Positions 9,268-19,166 of a stretch of 64,000 bases of DNA are shown here, in pieces. Source of the DNA: Longimicrobiales bacterium (GTDB taxonomy: Bacteria > Gemmatimonadota > Gemmatimonadetes > Longimicrobiales > RSA9). The first letter of the stretch is position 1, and every line of letters starts with the position of its first letter. A program made the translations under genes and the position numbers. The notes beneath the pieces are model-generated. The model had not been told where the DNA came from. It did no database searches and saw only the letters and a program-made list of their open reading frames with translations. The stretch is taken from contig DATKDR010000047.1 in assembly GCA_035512635.1 (NCBI GenBank), positions 21,518 through 85,517 of the forward strand, given 5' to 3'.

Positions 9268-10449
9268 TCAGCCGTCGACGCCTGCGGCGGTGAGATCGAA
9301 CCAGCTTCGCTCCTGTACCGGGAACAGCCGGGCGACCGCGTCGTTCTCTTCCAGCGCGCGCGTGACGGTGCAGGTGGAGAACTGGATGTTCGGCTGCCCG
9401 TCGATCGTGCTGTCGCCGATATTGCCGCCACCGACCAGCATGGTGCCGTGGAAGCGGAAGCCACCGCCGCCCTCGCCCCGGTTGAAGCGGCCGGTCACGA
9501 TGACGATGCCGTAGAACTGGAAGGAGCCGTTCATCGTCAGATCGCCGTCGACGATGAGGATGCCCTGCCCCGAGCGGTTGCTGTTTAGGCCGAGCGAGCC
9601 TTCGGAGTAGATGATCGGGAAATAGTCGGAGCAGGGATCGCCGTCCGACGGCAGTCCCCAGTTGTTCGGGTCGGAGCGATTGCACGCGCCATCAGCGGTG
9701 TAGCTGGCCTGCGGAAAGACCTCGCCTCCCGCAATGACGTGCGACGCCATGTTCTTCAGCTGGTCCAGATCGTAGTCGCCGAAGTCGTGGAAGGTTTCAG
9801 GGGCGACGGTCGAATCGACCTCGACGGGCGGATCGCCCTCGATCGTGTGCGAGTTGCCTTCCCGCGTCAACGTCGCGTCCGGTGGCATGCGGATGCCCGC
9901 CTCGGTGGCGGCCGCCGGATCACATTCGTCCGATGGCCAGATGCTGGTCGAGGGATGGGTATCCACGCCGGAGACGGTCGCCTGGCCCGCGACGGTGAGG
10001 TCACCGCCGGAGGTGAAGGCAGCGGCCGTGGGAAAGTTCAGCTCCATGGTGCGGACCACGGTGCCGAGGCGCCGCGTCGCACCCGCGTAGCGTCCACCCT
10101 GGGTGACCGTGCCGACGGATTCCAGGTAGTAGAATTCGCCGCCGAAGGGGCGGATGCTCGTCCGCCAGTTGCCGACGGTGCGACCGCCGACCGTCGCGCT
10201 TCCCGTCTGCTGGTACGTGGCGCCCGGATCCAGACCCCTTACGTCGCGCTTCTTCACGGTGCCGAGCGTGTGCTGTATGCCCTGCTCCGCGACGTAGAAG
10301 GCGAGATCCGCCTGGGCATTGCTGGTGCCGACGCGTCCCTCCTGCGAGGCGGCGAAGAAGCCGGCGGTCACGAGCGCGCCGACCACGACGAGGGCGAGAA
10401 TGGCGGTCGCCAGGGCGAAGCCGCTTTCGTTTCGATGAATGGCGTTCAT
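9268..10449 (-). CDS. pilX: PilX-like minor pilin with large C-terminal domain (set 1)
   Basis: Prepilin site ESG|FALAT lacking Glu5, A..VAEQG PilX N-terminal motif, C-terminal GxLxVxG repeats and Cys pairs. Confidence 0.8.
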   Translation of the reverse strand: MNAIHRNESGFALATAILALVVVGALVTAGFFAASQEGRVGTSNAQADLAFYVAEQGIQHTLGTVKKRDVRGLDPGATYQQTGSATVGGRTVGNWRTSIRPFGGEFYYLESVGTVTQGGRYAGATRRLGTVVRTMELNFPTAAAFTSGGDLTVAGQATVSGVDTHPSTSIWPSDECDPAAATEAGIRMPPDATLTREGNSHTIEGDPPVEVDSTVAPETFHDFGDYDLDQLKNMASHVIAGGEVFPQASYTADGACNRSDPNNWGLPSDGDPCSDYFPIIYSEGSLGLNSNRSGQGILIVDGDLTMNGSFQFYGIVIVTGRFNRGEGGGGFRFHGTMLVGGGNIGDSTIDGQPNIQFSTCTVTRALEENDAVARLFPVQERSWFDLTAAGVDG

Positions 10450-10464
10450 GATTCTCCGCCTGAT

Positions 10465-11340
10465 CTAGTTGCCGCGCAGGTAGACGTTGGTGCCGAGCGA
10501 GTCGACGTAGCTCGTGTGGTCCGGGCCGCCGCGACTCATCGCGCGCACCGTGACCTCGACGCGCGACACCAGAGCGCGTTCGGCCTCGGTCGACGGCGTC
10601 AGCTCCTGGTTGTTGAGGCCGAAGTAGCGGAAGACGATGCCGCCATTGCGCGGCGGGAGGAGGGGTCCGACGAGCGGCACGATGGAGCCGTCGGTTTCTC
10701 GGCGACCCAGCACCCACTCGCCGTCCCACTGGTACGCGCCGTAGGTGAGGGTGACGTACGAGCGGACGAGGGCGCCGCGCTCCATGAGCGCGAGCGTGTC
10801 TCCCGGCAGACCGGCCAGCTTCTGGAGGGGGTAGTCGCTCCACTCGTTGCGACACTGGTCGGCGTTGGTGGCCGTGCCGACGCCGGACAACACGAGGCCC
10901 GTGGCCCAGGTGTCGTCGTCGTCGGTGTTCGGGTCGCGTTCCTGGAACAGCGCCAGCACGTCCCCCACGGCAAACGCGGTACCCGGCACCCAGACGTCGA
11001 GCTCGTCGCTCGCGTCATGGACGGTGCAGACGATGCCGATCTTGCGGAACGCGCGGAAGCGGATGGAGTCGCGCATCGCGACCAGCAGATCGCTGCCGCC
11101 GGTCAATGCCGGCTCGGCGCCGGCACTGGCGGACAGCTCGCGCAGCTCGGAGGCCATGAGCTGGAGCGCAACGCGCGTCGAGCCCTGCGTGTCGATGGCG
11201 GCCGTCTGATAGCGATAGCTGCGCTCCTGCGTGAGCAGCGTCTGATAGATCGCGATCAGCGCGATCGTGCTGATCACCACGACGATGGTGAGCTCGACCA
11301 GCGTGAAGCCGGATTCAGGGTGAGACGATGGTCTGCGCAT
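10465..11340 (-). CDS. pilW: PilW-like minor pilin (set 1)
   Basis: ESG|FTLVEL N-methylation motif, LMASELRE, C-terminal VYLRGN; ATG at 11340. Confidence 0.8.
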   Translation of the reverse strand: MRRPSSHPESGFTLVELTIVVVISTIALIAIYQTLLTQERSYRYQTAAIDTQGSTRVALQLMASELRELSASAGAEPALTGGSDLLVAMRDSIRFRAFRKIGIVCTVHDASDELDVWVPGTAFAVGDVLALFQERDPNTDDDDTWATGLVLSGVGTATNADQCRNEWSDYPLQKLAGLPGDTLALMERGALVRSYVTLTYGAYQWDGEWVLGRRETDGSIVPLVGPLLPPRNGGIVFRYFGLNNQELTPSTEAERALVSRVEVTVRAMSRGGPDHTSYVDSLGTNVYLRGN

Positions 11341-11342
11341 GC

Positions 11343-11738
11343 TCAATCCGGCACGGTTTTGGCGATCTCGACAACGAAGGTATCGAGCACGGCGGGCACC
11401 CAGCCGGTGCCGGTGCGGTAGCCGGGCCCCCTGGTGAAGAGGGTGACGCGGGTCAGGTATCGGTTCTGTGGCGTGAGGCTCCACCAGACGTCGAAGGCTC
11501 CGACCTCCTCGGCGTTCGCCTCACTTCGTGCGCGCAGGCTGTCGAACGGGACCGACCGGAGCTGCTCGATCACCCGCTGCACGGCCAGCGACTCCTCGGT
11601 CTTCAGGTCCGCGATGCGCACCTGGGTGGTGGCGAAGATCGACGTGGTCGCGAGTGCCAGCATGCCGACCGCCAGAATGACGATCGCGATCAGCACCTCG
11701 ACGATCGTGAATCCGCCCCTGCCGCTCGAATGGCTCAC
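11343..11738 (-). CDS. pilV: PilV-like minor pilin (set 1)
   Basis: GG|FTIVEVLIAIVILAVGMLAL; GTG start overlaps the upstream TGA (GTGA). Confidence 0.82.
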   Translation of the reverse strand: MSHSSGRGGFTIVEVLIAIVILAVGMLALATTSIFATTQVRIADLKTEESLAVQRVIEQLRSVPFDSLRARSEANAEEVGAFDVWWSLTPQNRYLTRVTLFTRGPGYRTGTGWVPAVLDTFVVEIAKTVPD

Positions 11739-12211
11739 AGCTTCCTCAGTTGTCCCAGCTGCCACACTTCGAGCGTGGCCGTGTGGCCATCGCGCGAGAA
11801 CTCGACCTGCGCCGGCGTGGAGAGGTGCGTGCTGCACGGTTCCACGGCGAAGCCACGCCCCGTGTAGCACATGACGATGTCGCCGATCTCGCTGACCGCC
11901 TCGACGCCGAGATCGTCCTCGAAGCGGAACGTCTCGACAGTCGCTCCGCCCTGGAGGATTTCCGCGACGCCTGCGTCCGCCCGCAGCCGCAGCTGCACGA
12001 CCTGCGCCTCCTCCATGGCCAGCGATCTCGCGCGCGCACCCATCAGGATGACGCCGTCGCGCGCGCCGTCCACGTCGCGTTGATGGAACGTCGCCTGGAT
12101 CCGCGGGACGGCGAGACCGAGCAGGACCGACGCGATGATCAGCACGATCGCGAGCTCGACGATGGTGAAGCCGTCCGGTCCAGACGCCGGCTGCCTACGG
12201 GTGAATCCCAT
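11735..12211 (-). CDS. FimT/FimU/GspH-like minor pilin (set 1)
   Basis: DG|FTIVELAIVLII...AVP, ARSLAM and C-terminal LGQLR; first gene of the fimU-pilVWX order. Confidence 0.8.
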   Translation of the reverse strand: MGFTRRQPASGPDGFTIVELAIVLIIASVLLGLAVPRIQATFHQRDVDGARDGVILMGARARSLAMEEAQVVQLRLRADAGVAEILQGGATVETFRFEDDLGVEAVSEIGDIVMCYTGRGFAVEPCSTHLSTPAQVEFSRDGHTATLEVWQLGQLRKL

Positions 12212-12315
12212 GCCTGACTCGACTTTCGTGCGGAGGCTTCGAGGAGAGATGCGCCGACGCGGCATGCGCGAAATCCGTGCGACGGGCCCCCTCGGCACCG
12301 CTGCCCCGCCCCACC

Positions 12316-12330
12316 GCAAGCGCAGTTCCT
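12316..12330 (-). promoter_or_regulatory. Possible sigma54 (-24/-12) promoter for minor-pilin set 1
   Basis: Minus strand AGGAACT-GCGC-TTGC (GG-N10-GC), about 105 nt upstream of the ATG; IHF-like CAA-GGAC-TTA at about 12367-12376. Confidence 0.45.
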
Positions 12331-12446
12331 TTCGAATTCCATGCCCTGTGGGAGCAGGCCCAGCGACAAGGACTTAGGTCGATCGAGCGAGGACTTCCTC
12401 CACAAGAGTTGCGAACAGTCGGAAAAGATGTGGGCTGGCCCCGAAG

Positions 12447-14333
12447 TCAGTCGAAGACGGGCAGCCAGCTTCTGAGGGGCGGGCGGGGCATCCGCAGGGC
12501 GGGAGCAACCGTGAGCGCGGTCGCTACCGCGCAGCGGTCGAGGGATGCGGAGCCGCGGTCGACGTGTACCCGCGCGGCGAGGAGAGCGCCCGCCACGGTG
12601 GCGTCGCGGAGAAGGAGAGCGCCGCGCACCAGAACGAGGCCGCGCACGTGCACGCCGCCGTCCAGGACGAGGTCGCCATCGACGATGAGGATCCCCTGGG
12701 CGTACCCCCCGTCCAGGGTGAGCGAGGCGGGTGCATGCAGCAGCGGCCAGTGCGCGGCGCATGGGCCGGCCGGGGCGCCGAAATTCCCGGGCGTCCTGGT
12801 CGCGCACTCCTCGCCGACCGTGGCGGCCGTGGGCGTGACGATCGCCTCGTCGATGCGGAGCGCTTCGCCGGCCAGCGCGTCCGTCGAGAGGAAGCCGATG
12901 CCCGCCAGAAAGCGTGACGGGTCGGCATCCGGAGCGTGCGGCGGGTCACCGGACGCCATGGCGCCGGATGCGATGAAGACGGAGTCGGGCGGCGCGCGGA
13001 TCGCTGCTCCATCAGGCGGCCACCCGGCACAGAGGGCGGCTGCGGAGGAATCGACGGGTGCGGCGACCGCAGCGTCTCCGCGCACGGCACCGTCGCCCGA
13101 GACGCGAACGTGGCTGCCGATGACGGCGGCATTCAGCTCCAGCCCGACTCCGTGCGTATCGATGGACCGGACCAGCCGGGCCGCCCCCTGCCGGATCGGT
13201 GGCGCTTCCGGGCGCGACACGCTGCCGGTGCCGCCGATGAGGAACAGGTCCCGCCCCACCCGCTCGCTCTGCGCCGCCATGCTGATGCCCGGCTCCAGGT
13301 CCGTGGCCGCGAGCAGGACGACCGGCGAGCCGATGGTGTCGAGGGAGCGCTCCGCTGCGATCCAGTCCCTCATCACGACCGTGAGCGACGCCTCCGCCGC
13401 GTAGCGCGCCCGCAGGACGTCGTGTGTGGACGCGAGGAGCGTCGCGTGCTGCGACGCGGCGAAGACGAGACCGGTGGCGAGCACCGCCAGCCCGATCATG
13501 AGCAGCACGATGGTTACGAGCGCGAACCCGTCGGTTCGAGCCGCGCGAGGCGGTGGCGCAGGTGCCGGCGGGAAGCGGCGGCGGGACCGCGGCGATCCGG
13601 GTCGCGCACCGCGCTGCGGCATCAGCAGCCGCCAGCTCAGCGGCTGCGCGCCGGGCGATTCGTCCGGCAGGAGCCGTATCACGGCCGCCGACGACAGCGA
13701 GCCTTCATGCGCCACCTCGACGAGGGTGCTGCCCGTGTCGGAGAGGGTGGCGTCGGTCAGCGGCTGGCGACCGCCCGCACCGCGCCGGTATCGGAACGCG
13801 CCGCCGGCCAGCGAATAGGCGCCGGTCTCGAAGACGAGAGCGATCGCCGGAGGCGCCGTTTCCTCCGCCGTCCGCCACGGAACGCCGACGGCGAGCGCAG
13901 CGCCCTCCCCGCCGGGACAGAACGCAGGCACGGCGGCGGCCTCGAGATCGAATGCCGCCTCCCCGTCCGGCCACAGGAGCAGCACGGAGTCCTTGTCGGG
14001 CTCAGGCGCGCGCACGCCTCGATAGCGCATAATCACCGTGCCCGCGGTCGCCGCGCACACCCTGCCGACGCCACGGAAGGCACGCAGTCGAACCGAATCC
14101 GGGTCGAACAGCGCATCCACCGCCGTCAGCGTACGCAGCTCGCCGCCGAGGACGGCGGCGACCACGCGCTCCGTTTCGGATTCGGTGGAGACGCGGCTGT
14201 GCCGGGCCGCCAGCCGTCCCGTCACCAACAGAATGCAGGCGAGGCAGCTCGTCAGCAGACCCGCGAGCAGCAACGCGACGGTCGCCTCCGCGAGCGTGCA
14301 GCCTTCGCACTCACGGCTCAGACGCGGTCTCAT
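12447..14333 (-). CDS. PilW-like plus PilX-like fused minor pilin (set 2)
   Basis: N-terminal degenerate EG|CTLAE and DSVRLRAFRG (paralogue of PilW1 DSIRFRAFRK). Internal second prepilin motif RTDG|FALVT and C-terminal QGILIVDGDL (as in PilX1). In-frame ATG at 13622. Confidence 0.72.
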   Translation of the reverse strand: MRPRLSRECEGCTLAEATVALLLAGLLTSCLACILLVTGRLAARHSRVSTESETERVVAAVLGGELRTLTAVDALFDPDSVRLRAFRGVGRVCAATAGTVIMRYRGVRAPEPDKDSVLLLWPDGEAAFDLEAAAVPAFCPGGEGAALAVGVPWRTAEETAPPAIALVFETGAYSLAGGAFRYRRGAGGRQPLTDATLSDTGSTLVEVAHEGSLSSAAVIRLLPDESPGAQPLSWRLLMPQRGARPGSPRSRRRFPPAPAPPPRAARTDGFALVTIVLLMIGLAVLATGLVFAASQHATLLASTHDVLRARYAAEASLTVVMRDWIAAERSLDTIGSPVVLLAATDLEPGISMAAQSERVGRDLFLIGGTGSVSRPEAPPIRQGAARLVRSIDTHGVGLELNAAVIGSHVRVSGDGAVRGDAAVAAPVDSSAAALCAGWPPDGAAIRAPPDSVFIASGAMASGDPPHAPDADPSRFLAGIGFLSTDALAGEALRIDEAIVTPTAATVGEECATRTPGNFGAPAGPCAAHWPLLHAPASLTLDGGYAQGILIVDGDLVLDGGVHVRGLVLVRGALLLRDATVAGALLAARVHVDRGSASLDRCAVATALTVAPALRMPRPPLRSWLPVFD

Positions 14334-14719
14334 CGCGGCGGGAAGTACACGGTTGCGGAGACGATCTCCAGCGTATCGCGCTCGGCCCCGAGGATCGCCC
14401 TAACGCGCACGCATTCGCCCGCCGCGCACGGCTCGCGCCGCCATTCGAGGCGCGCACCGGGACGCGCCGCCACACCCGCACCCCTGACGTCCGCGCTCAC
14501 GACCGAGTCCGCCACGGTCTCGAGGTAGCGCAGCGCCGCGTGCTTGGACCGCGCGACCCGCGATTCCTCCAGCGCGCGGGCCAGCGCACCCACGAGCGCG
14601 AGCAGCCCGACCGACAGCAGCATCATCGCGAGCGTCAGCTCGATCAGCGTGAAGCCGCGCCCCGCCCTCCCGCCCGCCCTCCCGCCCGCCTTCGCGCCCG
14701 CCTTCCCGCCCGCGCTCAC
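14330..14719 (-). CDS. PilV-like minor pilin (set 2)
   Basis: GRG|FTLIELTLAMMLLSVGLLAL; GTG start at 14719 overlaps the upstream TGA. Confidence 0.78.
   Translation of the reverse strand: MSAGGKAGAKAGGRAGGRAGRGFTLIELTLAMMLLSVGLLALVGALARALEESRVARSKHAALRYLETVADSVVSADVRGAGVAARPGARLEWRREPCAAGECVRVRAILGAERDTLEIVSATVYFPPR
14661..14713. repeat. About four 12-bp tandem repeats in the prepilin leader
   Basis: CCCGCCCTCCCG-like units encoding AGGK-AGAK-AGGR-AGGR. Confidence 0.8.
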
Positions 14720-15171
14720 CACCGGCGGATGCGGCCGTACGCCGACACCGTGATGCCGGCGCTGGAGGCGCCGCGCTCGAAGCGCAGCGTACGGCTCGCT
14801 ACGCGGCCGAGCCCCAGCGCGTCGTAGCGGATCGACACCGTGTCGCCGGCGAAGCCCGGGCTCGAGAGCGCCACGCCCCAGTCGGTCGTGACGCTCAGTC
14901 GCGGCAGCGGCCGGGGCGAGCGGGCCGTGCGCGTCAGGACCTCCCCCGTCGCTTGCACGACGAGCAGCTCCGCGCCGCGATGGGCTACCGCGGCCGCGCG
15001 CGTGGAGGCGAGCACCGACGCCGTCGCGTCCCGCGCTGCGCGCACCGCCCATCCGTCAGCGGCCGCGCGCGCGCCGGGATACGCCAGCCCGATGGCGAGC
15101 GCGAGCAGCGCCAGGACGATGATCAGCTCGATCAGGGAGTAGCCGCGACGGGTGCGCATGCGCGGCAGCAT
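14716..15171 (-). CDS. FimT/FimU-like minor pilin (set 2)
   Basis: RRG|YSLIELIIVLALL...YP, TRAAAV and YGRIR C-terminus. Confidence 0.8.
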   Translation of the reverse strand: MLPRMRTRRGYSLIELIIVLALLALAIGLAYPGARAAADGWAVRAARDATASVLASTRAAAVAHRGAELLVVQATGEVLTRTARSPRPLPRLSVTTDWGVALSSPGFAGDTVSIRYDALGLGRVASRTLRFERGASSAGITVSAYGRIRRW

Positions 15172-15221
15172 GGCGCGGTCGGCGGGGCGGAAGAATGGGG
15201 CGGCGGGACTTCGTCCCGCCG

Positions 15222-15255
15222 GAGGTGAGGTGAGGTGAGGTGAGGTGAGGTGAGG
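15222..15255. repeat. (GAGGT)6-GAGG simple sequence repeat
   Basis: Perfect pentamer tandem repeat about 50 nt upstream of the set-2 start, next to the hairpin CGGCGGGAC-TTC-GTCCCGCCG (15201-15221). Confidence 0.95.
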
Positions 15256-15291
15256 CTGCGGAATACGGACTACTGTGCACGGTATACGGTA

Positions 15292-15353
15292 TACCGACTA
15301 CCGACTACCGACTACCGACTACCGACTACCGCCTACCGCCTACCGACTACCGG

Positions 15354-15354
<1 letters not shown>
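15292..15354. repeat. Heptamer tandem array TACCG(A/C/G)C x9
   Basis: Period-7 array abutting the response regulator stop codon; degenerate units extend back to about 15264. Confidence 0.95.
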
Positions 15355-16741
<1,387 letters not shown>

Positions 16742-16745
<4 letters not shown>

Positions 16746-17989
16746 GCGGTCGTCTCCACCTGTGCCGTCGCAGGGAGCAGGATCGTGAAGCGGGCGCCGC
16801 CGATGTCGGCGCGGTCCGCCATGATGGTGCCGCCCATCGCGTCGATCATGCGCGCGCTGAGGGCGAGTCCGAGGCCGGTGCCCTTGCCCGGCTCCTTGGT
16901 GGTGACGAAAGGCTCGAAGATCTGCTCGCGCAAGTCTTCCGGTATGCCCGGGCCGTTGTCGACGAGCACGATCTGCACGATGGGCTCGCCCGCGCGGAAG
17001 GGCTCGTCCCGCGTCATGCGCGGCATCTGATGGTAGCGGCGGCGGTGCGAGTAATCGATTTCGGGCGGGTCGTCCTCGCGGCGGATGGGCACGCGGCGAC
17101 GCGGCCGGAATTCGATGCGTACCGTGTGGATCTCGATGCGCGGCGATGCCGTGTGCTCGAGGGCGTCCGCCGCGTTCAGCATCAGATTAACCAGCACCTG
17201 CTGGAGCTGGTAGGGGTCGCCGTTCACCGGCGGCAGATCGTCGGCCAGTGCGACGTCGATGTCGATGCCGGCGAGCTTCCCCTGATCGCGCACCAGATCG
17301 AGCGTCGTCTGCGCTACTTCGTTGACGTCGATCGGACGCGGATTCATCTCGCGCGGCCGCGCGAAATCCAGCAGGCCACGGACGATGCGATCGATGCGTT
17401 GCGCCTCGCCCTCTGCGGAGTCGACCAGCTTCGCCCGCTCGGGGTCCACGTGGCGCCGGAGCAGGCCGAGATAGCCCATGATCGCGCCGAGCGGATTGCC
17501 GACCTCGTGCGCGATGCCCGCGCTCAGGCGACCGGCCGTGGCAATGTTCGCCGAGCGGATCAGCTCGTTGCGCGCGTCCGTGAGCTGACGGTTGGTCTCC
17601 TCGAGCGAGCGGATGTTCGCGGCGAGCTGCTCCTGATGCGCGCCCAGCCGGTCGCCCATGCTGCGGACCGCGTCCGACAGGCGCGCGACCTCGACGGTGT
17701 CGGCGTCCGGCAGCTCCAGGTGGTAGGCACCCTCCGCGATCGCCTCCACCCCCCCGATGACGGACTCGATCGGCGCCAGCACCCGCCGCTGGAGCAGGTA
17801 GCGGCCGAAGAGCGCGAACGTGACCACGTCGCCGATGAGCAGCAGCGCGAGAAAGAGGAGCGCGCGGGCGGGTGTGGTGAAGTAGGGCGTCAGCAGGATC
17901 GCACCCAGGATGCCGACGGTCAGGGCACCCGTGAAGATCACGGCGAGGGCCGTGATCAGCTCCTGTCGAAGCGTGGGCAGCTTCTGCAT
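16742..17989 (-). CDS. Sensor histidine kinase with HAMP domain (PilS2-like)
   Basis: Two TMs, HAMP, AGIAHEVGNPL H-box, NLMLNA, DNGPGI, FEPFVTTK and GTGLGL. Confidence 0.92.
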
Positions 17990-18070
17990 CGAAAGGCCGG
18001 GGCGGGATGGTGGGGGGTCTTCGGGTATCGTTCCGCCCCGGAGATTACGCAAAAGGAGGGTGGACCGAAA

Positions 18071-18463
18071 TCACTCGGTGCAGGTGATCACATCCGGTGA
18101 GGTCGCCGGCGCTCCGCCCGCGGCAGGCGCCGTCCCGATGTAGACACCGCAGAGCAGGTTCTCGCTGCCGTCGTGCGTCCCCTGCGCGGACCAACCGGTG
18201 TTCGAGACGTGCGTGAGCGTGACGTTGACGGCGGGGCTCAACCCCGCCTCGGCCAATTCGAGAGTCGGCGCGTAGGTGTAGCTCGCCGAATGATAGAACT
18301 CCTGCTTCGTGACGAGGTTCTTCATGTCGGTCTGCGTCACGGCCATGAACGAGCGGTTGCGCACCGCCGAGAACTTGGCCGACGCGATCGCGGCCAGAAT
18401 GCCGATCACGACCACCACGATCAGCAGCTCGATCAGCGTGAAGCCCTGGCGTGCCTTCATCAT
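18071..18463 (-). CDS. Type IVa pilin (second major-pilin paralogue)
   Basis: RQG|FTLIELLIVVVVIGILAAIA and a C-terminal Cys pair; Pro22 is replaced by Ala. Confidence 0.9.
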   Translation of the reverse strand: MMKARQGFTLIELLIVVVVIGILAAIASAKFSAVRNRSFMAVTQTDMKNLVTKQEFYHSASYTYAPTLELAEAGLSPAVNVTLTHVSNTGWSAQGTHDGSENLLCGVYIGTAPAAGGAPATSPDVITCTE

Positions 18464-18601
18464 GGTGACGCGTCCCTTGAATGAGTTGGGAACCGCTCCG
18501 AACTGCACTCTGCGCATTCTGAAAGCAAGTGGGGCGACCCGGTCCTCATGACCAAGCCGCCCCACGAGAGACCTGCTTTCAGTCAATCCCGCCTGCGTGG
18601 G

Positions 18602-18997
18602 TTACTCACCCGTGCAGGTTACGACGCCAGGCACCGTCGCGGGCGTGCCGGCAGCGGTCCCGCCGCCGACGAAGACGCCGCACTGCTGCGTCGTTTCGAG
18701 CGCGGCGTGAACCGCCGTGGCGCCCCAGTCGTTGCCGACCATGGCGATGCTGACCGTCACGCCCGAAGACTCCGCGAACTCGAGCGCGGTCTGATCGGCC
18801 GTGTACTCGTAGCTGCCATTCGAGTAGTAGATCTCCTGCTGAGACTGGAGATTCTTCAGATCGGACTTCATGGCAGCGAAATACGCCTTCTCACGCGTCG
18901 CGCTGAACTTCGGAATCGCGATCGCGGCAAGAATGCCGATGATCACGACCACGATGAGCAGCTCGATCAGGGTAAAGCCCTTCCTGTTGGACAGCAT
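18602..18997 (-). CDS. pilA: Type IVa major pilin
   Basis: RKG|FTLIELLIVVVIIGILAAIAIPKF, AGGAG RBS, C-terminal disulfide loop, sigma54 promoter upstream. Confidence 0.92.
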   Translation of the reverse strand: MLSNRKGFTLIELLIVVVIIGILAAIAIPKFSATREKAYFAAMKSDLKNLQSQQEIYYSNGSYEYTADQTALEFAESSGVTVSIAMVGNDWGATAVHAALETTQQCGVFVGGGTAAGTPATVPGVVTCTGE

Positions 18998-19049
18998 CGT
19001 CAGACTCCTGGTGTTGGGAAGCGAAGCAGCGTCCGTACGACCCCTGGGG

Positions 19050-19064
19050 GCAATGCCCATACCC
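19050..19064 (-). promoter_or_regulatory. Sigma54 (-24/-12) promoter of pilA
   Basis: Minus strand GGGTATG-GGCA-TTGC (GG-N10-GC), about 53 nt upstream of the ATG; expected for a PilR-controlled pilin. Confidence 0.7.
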
Positions 19065-19092
19065 ACCGCGGCCACCGCGCCCCGACCATCTG

Positions 19093-19105
19093 TAAGTCGT
19101 TGATC
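19093..19105 (-). promoter_or_regulatory. IHF binding site
   Basis: Minus strand GATCAA-CGAC-TTA against consensus WATCAA-N4-TTR; lies between the sigma54 site and the putative enhancer. Confidence 0.65.
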
Positions 19106-19166
19106 GAGGCGCACTTATAAGATCAGCGACGAATCGGAACCGGTTGCCCGGATGGCAGCCCCGGCT

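Noticed and set aside
18524-18540. Sigma54-like site upstream of the second pilin (GGGTCGCCCCACTTGCT)
   Set aside because: The GG-to-GC spacing is 11 nt rather than the required 10.
18071-18997. Pilin antigenic variation by shufflon, silent cassettes or a diversity-generating retroelement
   Set aside because: Both pilins are complete genes. No recombinase, reverse transcriptase, inverted crossover sites or template/variable repeat pair was seen.
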